Assembly (NCBI GenBank): GCA_963762145.1
Contig: CAVXJS010000009.1
Span: 384,001 to 448,000, forward strand
DNA: 64,000 nucleotides
Source: an uncultured Candidatus Rokubacteria bacterium
GTDB lineage: Bacteria; Methylomirabilota; Methylomirabilia; Rokubacteriales; CSP1-6
Direction: 5' to 3'
Positions 1 to 9,986 of the stretch are shown piece by piece (position 1 is the first letter of the stretch; each line of letters opens with the position of its first letter). Both the position numbers and the translations under genes were made by a program. A model generated the notes under the pieces. It was not told the origin of the DNA. It saw nothing but the letters and a program-made list of their open reading frames with translations, and ran no database searches.

Positions 1-213
1 GGTCGGCTCGAGGATGATCGTGTCGGGCTTGATCCGACCGGCCTTCTCGGCCGCGTCGATCATGGCCACCCCGATGCGGTCCTTCACGCTGTGGGCCGGG
101 CTGTAGAACTCGAGCTTGGCCACCACCTGGCCCGCGGCGCCCTCGGTCAGCCGCCGGATGCGCACCAGCGGCGTGTTGCCGACGAGCGCGGTCACGTCCT
201 CCGCGATGCGCAC
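1..213 (-). CDS. cysK: cysteine synthase A, 5' part (runs off the window)
   Basis: Manual translation from GTG at 213: [22 protein letters not shown]...[26 protein letters not shown]...ILEPT, including the PLP-lysine SVKDR motif. Not in the ORF track. Confidence 0.92.
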   Translation of the reverse strand, partial: MRIAEDVTALVGNTPLVRIRRLTEGAAGQVVAKLEFYSPAHSVKDRIGVAMIDAAEKAGRIKPDTIILEPT

Positions 214-215
214 GG

Positions 216-965
216 TCAGCGCAGGCCGCCGGCGACGAGCAGCGTCTCGCCGCTCACCCAGCCCGCGTCCTCCGAGGCCAGGAAGACCACCGCCGGGGCG
301 ATGTCCCCGGGCTGGCCGATCCGGCCGAGCGGCGTCTTGTTCTCGATCTCCTTGCGGAAGTCGCTCTCCATGATGCCGGCGGCGTGGACGCCCTCGGTCT
401 CCACCATGCCGGGATTGACCGCGTTCACGCGGATGCCGCGCGGACCGAGCTCCTTGGCCAGCACCCCGGTGATGGCGTCCACCGCGGCCTTGGTGGCGGT
501 GTAGACCGCGGTGTTGGGCGGCATGAGCCGGCTGGCGGTCGAGCTGACGTTGACGATGCTGCCGCCCGTGGCGCCGAAGTGCTTGACCGCTTCCTTCGAG
601 GCCAGGAGCAGCCCCAGGACGTTCACGTCGAACTGCCGGTGGAAGTGCTCCTCGGTGATGTCCTCGATCGGCTGGAACTCGTAGACCCCCGCATTGTTGA
701 CGAGGATGTCGAGGCGCCCGAAGGCGCTCCGCGCCTCCGAGAAGAGCCGCGTGATGTCGGCCGGCCGCGCCAGGTCCGCCTGCACCGCGATGGCCCGGCC
801 ACCGTCGCGGGTGATCTCGGAGACCACGCGGTCCGCTCCGGCCCGGCTCGACGCGTAGTTGACCACGACCGCGGCGCCTTCCGCGGCCAGGTGCTTGGCG
901 ATCGAGGCGCCGATCCCCTTGGATGCTCCGGTCACGACCGCCACCTTGTCCTTGAGCTTGCCCAT
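216..965 (-). CDS. SDR family oxidoreductase (glucose 1-dehydrogenase/FabG-like)
   Basis: [12 protein letters not shown] and YTATK motifs. Confidence 0.93.
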   Translation of the reverse strand: MGKLKDKVAVVTGASKGIGASIAKHLAAEGAAVVVNYASSRAGADRVVSEITRDGGRAIAVQADLARPADITRLFSEARSAFGRLDILVNNAGVYEFQPIEDITEEHFHRQFDVNVLGLLLASKEAVKHFGATGGSIVNVSSTASRLMPPNTAVYTATKAAVDAITGVLAKELGPRGIRVNAVNPGMVETEGVHAAGIMESDFRKEIENKTPLGRIGQPGDIAPAVVFLASEDAGWVSGETLLVAGGLR

Positions 966-1093
966 GTCCCAGGTCCTCCGTGTCTCTTTGGATGTCCGGG
1001 AGGCGGCCGGGGTTCCCGCGCGAGGCCGGGGGGAAGTAGAATCCCTCGGGCACGAGGATCCATCTCAACCCACGACGAGTGTTTGGAGGCCGC

Positions 1094-2089
1094 ATGGACC
1101 CCGCTGGCAGCTTGCAGTTCCTCGAGCAGTACGGCGTCCTGATCCTCCCGGCCCTGGTGATCGCCGAGCAGATCGGCATTCCGCTGCCCGCGGTGCCGGC
1201 CCTCCTCGGGGCCGGGGCCCTCGCCGCGCACGGCCGCATCGACGTCCCGCTGCTGGTCGTCGCCATCTCGATCGCGGCCCTGACCACCGATCTCGTCTGG
1301 TACGAGCTCGGCCGGCGGCGCGGCGCGGTGGTCCTGTCGACGCTCTGCCGCCTCTCCCTCGAGCCGGACTCGTGCCTGCGCCGGGCCGAGGACACGTTCG
1401 TCCGTCACGGAGTGCGGGGCATGCTCATCGCGAAGTTCGTCCCCGGGCTGACCACGGTGATGCCGCCCCTCGCAGGGGTCTTCGCGGTCGGCCGCGTGCG
1501 CTTCGTCCTCTACGACCTCGCGGGGGTGCTCCTCTGGGCGGGCACGTGGCTGACGCTGGGATACGTCTTCGCCGACGCCATCACCCTGGTGACCGCCCGG
1601 GCCACCGCCCTCGGGCAGATGCTCGGACTGGTCGTGGTGGGCGCGCTCGCGGCCTACGTCCTGCTCAAGCTGGTGCGCCGCCGTCTCTTTCTCCGGAAGC
1701 TCCGCATGGCGCGCATCTCGCCCGCGGCGCTGAAGCTGCGCCTCGACGGCGGAGAGGACGTCGCGATCATCGATCTGCGGACGCCGCTCGACGTCGCGGC
1801 CACCCCGTACGCGATTCCCGGGAGCCGCTGGCTGGCCGTCGAAGCCATCGACGCGGCGGAGGCGGCGCGGCTCCGCACCCGCGAGGTGGTGCTCTACTGC
1901 GCGTGCCCCAACGAGGCGACGAGCGCCCGGGTGGCGCTGCTCCTCCAGCGGCAGGGCATCACGCGGGTCCGTCCGCTCGAGGGCGGCCTCGCCGCCTGGA
2001 TGGAGCTGGGCTTTCCGGTGCTCGCGGTCGACCCGCCCGCGGTCGCGGTCGACGAGCGCGCGGGCCGCGTCCCGTCGCGAGCCGCGTAG
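1094..2089 (+). CDS. DedA/VTT membrane protein fused to a rhodanese-like domain
   Basis: EQIGIPLP and AKFVPGL DedA motifs. C-terminal IIDLR...IPGS...LYCACPNE...LEGGL rhodanese fold. GGAGG RBS before ATG 1094. Confidence 0.88.
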   Translation: MDPAGSLQFLEQYGVLILPALVIAEQIGIPLPAVPALLGAGALAAHGRIDVPLLVVAISIAALTTDLVWYELGRRRGAVVLSTLCRLSLEPDSCLRRAEDTFVRHGVRGMLIAKFVPGLTTVMPPLAGVFAVGRVRFVLYDLAGVLLWAGTWLTLGYVFADAITLVTARATALGQMLGLVVVGALAAYVLLKLVRRRLFLRKLRMARISPAALKLRLDGGEDVAIIDLRTPLDVAATPYAIPGSRWLAVEAIDAAEAARLRTREVVLYCACPNEATSARVALLLQRQGITRVRPLEGGLAAWMELGFPVLAVDPPAVAVDERAGRVPSRAA

Positions 2090-2098
2090 CGGTCCGGT

Positions 2099-2677
2099 TC
2101 AGCGCACCCGCAGACCGATCCGGCCCCACCGCGTGTTGCCTCCCGCGTCCGAGGACCAGTAGATCCGGTCCGCCCGTCCGATGATCTGGGTCTGCGCGAC
2201 GGGCCCCCAGTGGCGGCTGTCCTCCCCGGCATTCCGATTGTCGGCCATCAGGAAGACGGCACCGGGTGGAATCTGCAGTGGTCCGACGTCCTTGGCCGCG
2301 CGCACCTCGTCGGAGAAATCCGCGTAGGGCTCGGCGAGCGGCCGGCATCCCTCCATCCGGGGCTCGCAGTTGATGTACACGTCGCGTCCCTGGACCACGA
2401 TCTCCTCCCCGGCCAGGCCCACGATCCGCTTCACCAGGGTCTCGCTCGCGTCGGCCGGATCGGTGAAGACGACGAGGTCGCCCCGCTTCCGCCAGTGTGC
2501 CGCCTTGTCCATCATGACGTAGTCCCCCACCAGGAGCGTCGGGGCCATCGACGTCGACGGGATCCAGACACCCTCGAAGCGGTGACGGACGGCGAGCGGC
2601 AGCGCGACGACGAGCGCGAGGACCGCGAGGAGTGCCAGCGTCCAGAAGACGCGGCTGATGGCCATGCGTTCACTCAT
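2099..2677 (-). CDS. lepB: signal peptidase I
   Basis: IPSTSMAPTL (catalytic Ser), VKRIVG (catalytic Lys) and DNR..EDSR boxes, plus an N-terminal TM helix. Confidence 0.9.
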   Translation of the reverse strand: MSERMAISRVFWTLALLAVLALVVALPLAVRHRFEGVWIPSTSMAPTLLVGDYVMMDKAAHWRKRGDLVVFTDPADASETLVKRIVGLAGEEIVVQGRDVYINCEPRMEGCRPLAEPYADFSDEVRAAKDVGPLQIPPGAVFLMADNRNAGEDSRHWGPVAQTQIIGRADRIYWSSDAGGNTRWGRIGLRVR

Positions 2678-2754
2678 GCGTTCACTATAGATGATGGCGG
2701 GTGGCGGCTATATCATGTCTCGCGGAGGGAGCCGGCCATGAGGATATCCGCGAC

Positions 2755-3540
2755 GTGCTGAGGACAGGATTTGTCGGCCTGATTCTGCTAGCATCTGGCG
2801 CCATGACCGACATCACGCCCGCCGTCCGCGCCGACCTCGCTCCGACCGGGAAGCTCCGGGCCGCCATCAACTACGGCAACTTCATCCTCGCCACCAAGGA
2901 CAAGGCGACCGGCGAGTCGAGGGGCGCGGCGATCGACCTGACGCAGGAGATCGCGAAGCGCCTTGGCGTCCCGGTCGAGATCGTCGCGTACGACAGCGTG
3001 GCGGTCATGGGCGACGCCGCGCCGAGCGGGGTGTGGGACATCGCGTTCCTCGGGTCCGACCCGGCGCGCGAGAAGATCATGAGCTTCACCGCCGCGTATC
3101 TCGAGATCGAGGCCACCTATCTCGTGCCCGGCGCCTCCCCGCTGCGCACCGCCGCGGAGGTCGACCGGGAGGGTGTGCGGGTGGCCGCGCCGGCGCGGGC
3201 GAACTACGAGCTCTACCTGAGCCGCAACCTCAAGCGCGCGCAGCTCGTGTCCGCGCCGAGCGCGGACGCGGCGTTCGAGCTGCTCGCGACCGGCAAGGTG
3301 GAGGCCCTGGCCGGCCTGACCCAGGGCCTGCTCGGCCTCGCGCCGAAGCTGCCCGGATCGCGCGTGATCGACGGGCGGTTCATGGGCGTGCAGCAGTCCA
3401 TCGCGGTGCCGAAGGGCAAGGACGCCGGCCTGCTCTACCTGCGCGGCGTCGTCGAGGACGCCAAGACGTCCGGGCTCGTGGCCCGCGCCATCGAGCGGAC
3501 CGGCGCGAAGGGCGTCTCGGTGGCGCCGGCCGCGAGGTAG
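2755..3540 (+). CDS. ABC/PBP2 transporter substrate-binding protein (amino-acid family)
   Basis: LAPTGKLRAAINYGN...WDIAFL pattern of SBP family 3. Start uncertain: the RBS-linked ATG at 2738 is out of frame. Confidence 0.8.
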   Translation: MLRTGFVGLILLASGAMTDITPAVRADLAPTGKLRAAINYGNFILATKDKATGESRGAAIDLTQEIAKRLGVPVEIVAYDSVAVMGDAAPSGVWDIAFLGSDPAREKIMSFTAAYLEIEATYLVPGASPLRTAAEVDREGVRVAAPARANYELYLSRNLKRAQLVSAPSADAAFELLATGKVEALAGLTQGLLGLAPKLPGSRVIDGRFMGVQQSIAVPKGKDAGLLYLRGVVEDAKTSGLVARAIERTGAKGVSVAPAAR

Positions 3541-3579
3541 CGCGGTGGCCACCCCTAACGACCGACAAGGAGAGAGAGC

Positions 3580-4647
3580 ATGGAGATCCCCCGCACGATG
3601 AAGGCGACCGTGCTCGTCGCCCCGCACCGCTTCGAGCTGCTCGAGCAGCCGGTGCCGGTGCCGGGCGACGAGGACGTCCTCGTCCGCGTGCGCGCCTGCG
3701 GCGTCTGAGGGACGGACCTGAAGATCATCCACACCGGCATGCCGAAGATGCCGCCCTACGGCGAGTTCATCTTCGGTCACGAGTACGCGGGCGACGTGGT
3801 CGCCATCGGCCGGACGGTGGACGAGTTTCGGGTGGGCGACCGGGTGGTCGTCGAGGCGCACATGGGCTGCCGCCGCTGCGAGAACTGCATCCGTGGGCTC
3901 TACACCGCCTGTCTGAACTACGGCAACACGAAGCGTGGGCATCGCGCCAACGGGTTCACGACCAACGGGGGGCTCGCCGAGTACGCGGTGAACCACGTCA
4001 ACACGCTGTATCGCATCCCCGACGGGGTGGACTACGACGAGGCGACCGTGGTGATGACCTCGGGCAGCCCGCTCTTCGGCCTCGAGAACGCGGGCGGCTA
4101 CTTCGCCGGCGAGACGGTGGCGGTCCTCGGCCCGGGCCCGATCGGCCTCATGGCCATCCAGCTCGTCAAGGCGCTCGGGGCCACGCGCGTGATCCTCACC
4201 GGCACTCGCCCCTCCCGCCTGGCCATGGGCCGGCAGCTCGGCGCCGACGTCCTCGTCAACAGCCGGGAGACCGATCCGGTGGCCGCGGTGATGGAAGCGA
4301 CCGCCGACAAGGGCGCCGACCTCGTGATCGACTGCGCGGGCGGCGACGATACGTTCGACCAGTCCATCAAGATGGCCAAGTCCGGCGGCAAGGTGCTGCT
4401 GGTGGCCTTCTACCACGGTCCCGTGACCGCCGACGTGAGCCACGCGGTCCGGCGCAACATCACGATCTACACGGAGCGCGGCGAAGGCGGCACCAGCGTG
4501 GGCCGCGCGCTGGCGCTGCTGGCCGCCGGGCGGCTCACCGCCAAGCCGCTCATCACGCACCACTTCCCGCTCAGCCGCGTCCACGAGGCGATGGAAGTCC
4601 TCGAGAAGCGCATCGGCGACCCGCTCAAGGTGGTCTTGCTGCCGTGA
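3580..4647 (+). CDS. Zn-dependent MDR alcohol/polyol dehydrogenase with in-frame TGA (predicted selenocysteine) at the catalytic Zn ligand
   Basis: AAGGAG RBS and ATG 3580: MEIPRTMKATVL...VRVRACGV*GTDLKIIHTGMPKMPP...GHE, CxxCxxCx7C, GPGPIG. TGA 3706-3708 is codon 43 and is in frame with ORF 3739..4647. Confidence 0.85.
3735..3753 (+). promoter_or_regulatory. candidate bacterial SECIS hairpin of the dehydrogenase
   Basis: CGGCAT-GCCGAAG-ATGCCG: 6-bp stem whose G-initiated loop starts 32 nt after the TGA. A competing fold (3742-3750 with 3768-3776) is possible. Confidence 0.45.
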
Positions 4648-5603
4648 GGCGCCCGGCGTGCCGCCGCCTGATTGCGGCCGTGCTCGCGGCGGTCTGCCTG
4701 GTGGCGGGACCGGCGGCCGCGTTTCCCGACCGGCCGCTGGAGCTGACCGTGCTGTTCGGCGCGGGCAGCGCCGCCGACCTCCTCGCCCGCAAGCTGGCCG
4801 AGCTGGCCGGCAAGGGCTTGGGGCAGCCGGTCGCGGTCGTCAATCGCACCGGCGCGGGCGGGGCGCTCGGCTACACGCACGTGAAAGGTCAGAATGCGGA
4901 CGGCTACGCGCTCGTCTGGAACTCCAACAGCGTCAGCACCGCGTATCACGCCGGCAACATGAAGCTCGACTACACCGCGTTCGCCGGGGTGGCGGCGCTG
5001 ACCAGCGAGCCGGTCTCCCTCGCGGTCAAGGCCGACGCGCCGTGGAAGGACATCCGGGATCTGCTCGCTCACGCGAAGGCGAATCCGGGCCAGGTGCGCG
5101 TCGGCAACTCCGGCCGGGGCAGCTTCACCCATCTCATGGCGGTCGCGCTCGAGAACCGGGCCGGCGTCAAGCTCACCCACGTGCCGTTCGGCCGTGAGCT
5201 GGCGGTGACCACGGTGCTCGGCGACAAGATCGAGGCGAGCGTGCAGCTTCCGGCCGAGATCATGACTCAGGTGACCGGCCGCCAGGTGCGGGTGCTCGCG
5301 ATCACCGGGGACCGGCGGCTGGCCAGCCTCCCGGAGGTCCCCACCCTGAAGGAGAGCGGGGTGGATCTCACCATGTCGCTCTGGCGCGGCATCGCGGTGC
5401 CGAAGGGCACGCCGGAGGCGGTGATCGCGCGGCTCGAGCGCGCATTCACGCAGGCCGCCCAGGACGCCGAGTTTCGCGACTTCGCGGCCCGCATGGGAAC
5501 GGTGATCGACGTCCGGGGCGCCCGGGACTTCGACGCGTTCATGGCGCGCGACGACCGGGACATCGCGGCGCTGATGGAGCAGATCGGGCTCAAGAAACAG
5601 TAG
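4644..5603 (+). CDS. tctC: tripartite tricarboxylate transporter substrate-binding protein
   Basis: Signal peptide followed by FPDRPLEL..., VNRTGAGG and VPTLKESG (Bug/TctC motifs). GTGA overlap with the dehydrogenase stop. Confidence 0.9.
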   Translation: MRRPACRRLIAAVLAAVCLVAGPAAAFPDRPLELTVLFGAGSAADLLARKLAELAGKGLGQPVAVVNRTGAGGALGYTHVKGQNADGYALVWNSNSVSTAYHAGNMKLDYTAFAGVAALTSEPVSLAVKADAPWKDIRDLLAHAKANPGQVRVGNSGRGSFTHLMAVALENRAGVKLTHVPFGRELAVTTVLGDKIEASVQLPAEIMTQVTGRQVRVLAITGDRRLASLPEVPTLKESGVDLTMSLWRGIAVPKGTPEAVIARLERAFTQAAQDAEFRDFAARMGTVIDVRGARDFDAFMARDDRDIAALMEQIGLKKQ

Positions 5604-5604
5604 C

Positions 5605-6045
5605 GTGAGCCCGCGCTCCGCCGCGCGCCGCGATCAGTGGAGCGCCGTCGGCCTGGCGGTCCTCGCGCTGGGCTACCTGCTCGCCGGCCGCCGCTACCCG
5701 CTCGACACGCTCGCCACGCCCGGGCCGGGCGTCTTCCCCCTCGCGGCCGGACTCGCGCTGCTGGCACTGGCCGTCTGGCAGCTCCTCGCGGCCCGGCGCG
5801 CGGCGCCGGACCCCGCCGACGGCGGCGCCGTGCCGCGGGCCCCGCTGCTCATGGCCGCGGTGCTCGCGCTCTACGCGGCCACCCTGCCCGTGCTCGGCTT
5901 CATGCTCACGTCGCTCGGGCTCGTGTTCGTCGCCGCCCGGCTCATGGGACTCGGCGGCTGGTGGCGACCGGCCGCGCTCGCGCTCGGCGTCACCGCGGCC
6001 AGCCGTCTGCTCTTCGGCACCTGGCTGGGTGTGCCCCTGCCATGA
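5605..6045 (+). CDS. tctB: TTT small permease
   Basis: PGPGVFP motif, 4 TM helices, C-terminal LGVPLP. Confidence 0.88.
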   Translation: MSPRSAARRDQWSAVGLAVLALGYLLAGRRYPLDTLATPGPGVFPLAAGLALLALAVWQLLAARRAAPDPADGGAVPRAPLLMAAVLALYAATLPVLGFMLTSLGLVFVAARLMGLGGWWRPAALALGVTAASRLLFGTWLGVPLP

Positions 6046-7523
6046 GCGAGCTGTTCGTCGCGCTGACGCCCGGCAACCTCCTGGCCTGCTTCGCGGGCGT
6101 CGTCCTCGGCACCATCGTGGGCGTGCTGCCCGGGCTGGGGCCGGCCGGCGCCATGGCGCTCGTCCTGCCGCTGACGATCAAGCTCGGGCCGACGGCCGGG
6201 CTCATCATGCTGGCCGGGATCTACTACGGCTCGATGTACGGAGGCTCGACGACGTCGATCCTCGTCAACGTCCCCGGGGAGGCGGCCAGCGTCGTCACCA
6301 CCATCGACGGCTATCGTCTCGCGCGGAAGGGACGGGCCGGGGCCGCCCTGGCCATCGCCGCGATCGCGTCCTTCGTGGCCGGCACCTTCAGCGTGGTCGC
6401 GCTTCAGGTCGCGGCGCCGCTCGTCTCCCGCCTCGCGCTGGCCTTCGGCCCCGCCGAGTACTTCGCGTTCGCGCTGCTGGGCGTCACCGTGCTGGCCAAC
6501 CTGACCGGCGGCGCGCGCGCGAAGTCGCTGGCCATGGTCGTGACCGGCGTCATGCTGTCCACCGTCGGCATGGATCCCCTCGGCGGCACCGTGCGCTTCA
6601 CCTTCGACGTGGCGGGCGCCCAGGCCGGGCTCAGCTTCATCGCGGTGACGGCCGGCCTGTTCGGGGTCGCCGAGGTGCTGGCCACGATGGCCGCGCCGGG
6701 GGCCGCCGCGCCGGTGGCGCGCGTGCGCTTCCGCGCGCTGTACCCGAGCCGCGAGGAGCTGCGGCGCTCGGTGCCGCCGATGCTGCGCGGCACCGTGCTG
6801 GGCTTCCTGGTCGGCCTCATCCCCGGCCCGGCGGCGACGATCGCGTCCTTCGTGTCGTACGGCGTGGAGAAGCGCGTGTCGCGCTACCGGCACGAGATCG
6901 GGACCGGCGCCATCGAGGGGGTGGCCGGGCCCGAGGCGGCCAACAACGCGGCGGCCGGCGGCGGCATGGTCCCGCTGCTTGCGCTCGGCCTGCCGTTCAC
7001 GCCATCCACCGCCGTCCTGCTCAGCGGCATGCTCCTCATGAGCGTCACGCCGGGTCCGTTCCTGCTCCGCGATCACCCCCAGGTGTTCTGGGGGGTCATC
7101 GGCAGCTTCTACATCGGCAACGTGATGCTGCTGCTCCTCAACCTGCCGCTGGTCGGCATCTTCGCCCGGGTGGCCACCGTCCCGCCGCGCTACCTGATGC
7201 CGGGCGTCCTGGTGCTGTGCGCGGTCGCGGCCTACTCCGACAACAACAACGCGTTCGACGTCTGGGTGATGGTGGGCGCCGGCGTCCTCGGCTACGCGAT
7301 GCGCGGGCTCGGTTATGATCCGGCGCCCCTGGTGCTCGGCCTCGTGCTGGGCCCGGTCCTGGAGCGCTCGCTGCTCCAGGCGCTCACGATCGGGCGCGGC
7401 GACCTGCGTGAGCTGTGGTCATCGGCGCCCGCCACGATCATGCTGGCCGCCACCGCGGTGGTGCTCCTGGCGCCCGCCGCTCGGGCGGGCCTGCGACTCT
7501 GGACCCGCGCGCGCGTGTCGTGA
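6042..7523 (+). CDS. tctA: TTT large permease
   Basis: GVLPGLG, YGGSTTSILVNVPG and GPEAANNA motifs. ATGA overlap with tctB. Confidence 0.93.
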   Translation: MSELFVALTPGNLLACFAGVVLGTIVGVLPGLGPAGAMALVLPLTIKLGPTAGLIMLAGIYYGSMYGGSTTSILVNVPGEAASVVTTIDGYRLARKGRAGAALAIAAIASFVAGTFSVVALQVAAPLVSRLALAFGPAEYFAFALLGVTVLANLTGGARAKSLAMVVTGVMLSTVGMDPLGGTVRFTFDVAGAQAGLSFIAVTAGLFGVAEVLATMAAPGAAAPVARVRFRALYPSREELRRSVPPMLRGTVLGFLVGLIPGPAATIASFVSYGVEKRVSRYRHEIGTGAIEGVAGPEAANNAAAGGGMVPLLALGLPFTPSTAVLLSGMLLMSVTPGPFLLRDHPQVFWGVIGSFYIGNVMLLLLNLPLVGIFARVATVPPRYLMPGVLVLCAVAAYSDNNNAFDVWVMVGAGVLGYAMRGLGYDPAPLVLGLVLGPVLERSLLQALTIGRGDLRELWSSAPATIMLAATAVVLLAPAARAGLRLWTRARVS

Positions 7524-7582
7524 GGAGCCGGTCACGTCCTCGAGGATTCGGCTCCGGGTAGGGTCACTTCACGTTTCGCAGG

Positions 7583-9634
7583 TCAGAACTCGAGCCGGTA
7601 CAGCCGCACCCAGAAGTCCGGCTCGGTGCTACCTTCCTTCTTCACGTTGAAACGAGGCCCGCCGTCTGGCGACGCTATCATCGTAGTGCGCCAGAGCGAC
7701 GGCTTCTGCAAGAGCTCGTGCCGGAACTCCTCGGTCGCCCAGATCTGTCCCGGCTCGACGTGAGGTTCGACGCGCGCCGTACAGAGAATGGCGTCGCCGC
7801 CCGCGATCTCGGGCGAGAGGTCGCCGTCACGCTGGCGCGTCTGCACGTCACCGTGGTGGAGCGCGATCCGGAGCCGGGGCTGGCTCGGTGCCTGATAGAC
7901 TTCGTCCATGATGTGTCGCGCAACCTCCGCGAGCGCGGCGGGGTCCTCGTGCGCGATCCACAACGCATCCCCGCCCCGGGCCTCCACGATGGCCGCTCCC
8001 CGGGCCCACCGGTTGGCCGCATCCTCCAGCGCCTTGCGGACCGGGGCATCCTGGCCCGCGCGCATCAGGTTGCCGAAGCCGTAGACGTCCGCCTTCAGGA
8101 CACAGTACGGGCGGACGCTGGTGGGCACATCCGCGCCCTCGATCTCACGCCACAGCCGGCCGTAGCCCACGATATTGAAGCGGTCGATTCGCGTGAGAAA
8201 TTCGGGATTTACCCGCCCGATCACGTCCGACAGAACGGGGTGGACGAGGTAGTGGGTCGCCCGTGGCAGCACGCCGTCCGGCTCCAGGGTCGCCTCGCCG
8301 GGGCGGAGGAAGCGCTGGGCCCATTGCCCGCGCACCCGGTCGAGGTGCACATGGCCGAGGAGGCCTACGCGGTAGAGCGCGCAGAAGACGTGCTTGTCCT
8401 CGTGGCCGGAACCCATCCGGCTATGATCGCGGAAGAGGTCCTCGACCTCCCCGCGCGTCAGGACCTCGCCGGGCAGCCGAGGGAGGAGCCGCTCCAGATC
8501 GAGATCACCGACGTGCGGCGCGATCTCGGTCAGGTATTCGTGGGCGATCTCGGTGGCCGCCTGGTTCACCAGCTCCTTGAACCGATGCTCGTTGCGACGC
8601 TCCTCCGGCCGGAGCGCGGCCAGCCGGTCGCCCGTGGTCATGAGATCGCGCGGGCGAAGCAGCGTGTGTCGACACAGATAGTCGAAGGCATCCTCCTGCT
8701 CGCGCGTGTACGTGTGCGTCACGTGGGTGCGGCCGAGGAAAGCCTCGAGCGGGTCGGCGCGCAGCCGACCGGGAAGCACCATGCGGTCAGCCTTCATGAG
8801 CCGGATGTTGTTGACGAAGATCTCACGGAGGCTCTCGGTCGAGTACACGATGTCGACCGCGCTACCCCGGTACTGCTGGGACATGGCGGTGCGTTCGGGC
8901 AGGCGCGCGTAGGCTTCCTTGCGCACCGCCGCGAACACCTTGAGGTGGTGGTTGATGCGGCGGAGCTGGTAGGCGACCTCGACCAGGCCGAGCTGGGCGA
9001 AGTGCCAGATGTTGGGTGAAAGCTGGCCGGTGACGCTCGGCGGCGTCCCCACGCTCTCCACGTGCTTGTTGAAGTACTCATCCACGCCGTCGATGAAGAT
9101 GGCGAGTGGAGCTTTGATGGCCCGGAGCCGCGGCACGAGGTGGCCGTCGGTGTCGGTGGCCACGCGCTGCAGCTCGCTCGGGGTAAAGTCCAGGAGCCGC
9201 ACGAAGTGGTCGATAACACCGTGGAGCTGCGCGTCGGTCATCAGAGTGGTGAGCTTCGATCCCACCTGCAGGCCGGCGGCCGCGCCGGTGTGCTTGAGCA
9301 CGGCGGCGGAGATCGCGGTGAGCCAGAGCTTCGACCACGGCAACGTGGACGCCGCGAAGAACGTCAGCGCTTCACTGCCGAAGATCTTGTCGCCGATCGG
9401 CTTGTCGAGCAGATTGCCGGAGGGCAGACACGCCGCGCGCGCCTCGCGCTGGTAGAGGATGCGCTTGGCCTTGAGCAAGAGCGTCTTACCGAACCCCTTG
9501 GTCCCGATGACGATGAACTTGTCATCCCGGTCCGGGGTCAGGAAGCCATCGATCTCGGGCGTCCGGTGGAGCAGGGACTCGTCGAAGTCCTCCGCCACGC
9601 GGATGTCGTCGGCGTCCACCGTCCACGCTCGCAT
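7583..9634 (-). CDS. P-loop (Sll1717/STAND-like) ATPase fused to a C-terminal class III nucleotide cyclase-like domain
   Basis: Walker A GTKGFGKT, Walker B IFIDGVDE, LLRPRD and YLVHP. The C-terminus has LKADVYGF, GGDA, LRIALHHG and ARVE...PGQIWAT. Confidence 0.72.
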   Translation of the reverse strand: MRAWTVDADDIRVAEDFDESLLHRTPEIDGFLTPDRDDKFIVIGTKGFGKTLLLKAKRILYQREARAACLPSGNLLDKPIGDKIFGSEALTFFAASTLPWSKLWLTAISAAVLKHTGAAAGLQVGSKLTTLMTDAQLHGVIDHFVRLLDFTPSELQRVATDTDGHLVPRLRAIKAPLAIFIDGVDEYFNKHVESVGTPPSVTGQLSPNIWHFAQLGLVEVAYQLRRINHHLKVFAAVRKEAYARLPERTAMSQQYRGSAVDIVYSTESLREIFVNNIRLMKADRMVLPGRLRADPLEAFLGRTHVTHTYTREQEDAFDYLCRHTLLRPRDLMTTGDRLAALRPEERRNEHRFKELVNQAATEIAHEYLTEIAPHVGDLDLERLLPRLPGEVLTRGEVEDLFRDHSRMGSGHEDKHVFCALYRVGLLGHVHLDRVRGQWAQRFLRPGEATLEPDGVLPRATHYLVHPVLSDVIGRVNPEFLTRIDRFNIVGYGRLWREIEGADVPTSVRPYCVLKADVYGFGNLMRAGQDAPVRKALEDAANRWARGAAIVEARGGDALWIAHEDPAALAEVARHIMDEVYQAPSQPRLRIALHHGDVQTRQRDGDLSPEIAGGDAILCTARVEPHVEPGQIWATEEFRHELLQKPSLWRTTMIASPDGGPRFNVKKEGSTEPDFWVRLYRLEF

Positions 9635-9986
9635 GAACCTTCGACCTCCACGTTGAGGGGCCCAAATCGGCGACCCAAACGATAGCGCTCTTTGAACCTA
9701 TTTTCCAGCCAGATCCCTGCTCGTCGTCGGTTCCACATCACGGCGCGAACCCAGCGGGCAGTATTCCCGGGCGGCCCGGGCAGAAGAGCGGAGCCTTCGC
9801 CGCCGGCGGCGACCAACTACGCGAATTCCATGCGAACACCGAACCGGTGGTCGCTTGGCACTGGTTGCGCATCGCGAGGCAGGCCCGATCGCAAGGGAGG
9901 TGATGCTCGAAGACCGCACCGCTTCCACTGCGCCCGTGCGCGCTCCATGTCGCTCTTCCTCGACAACCGCACAGGAGGATCGAGTC

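Noticed and set aside
1890-1915. Rhodanese YCACPNE motif as a further Sec site
   Set aside because: Both Cys codons are TGC and there is no TGA.
2738-2761. RBS-linked mini-ORF MRISATC-TGA as a Sec read-through
   Set aside because: Read-through hits another TGA within a few codons. More likely a 1-nt indel or an alternative start for the SBP gene.
9856-9871. sigma54-like motif upstream of the haloperoxidase gene
   Set aside because: GG-N10-GC spacing holds, but the -12 element (GCGC) is poor.
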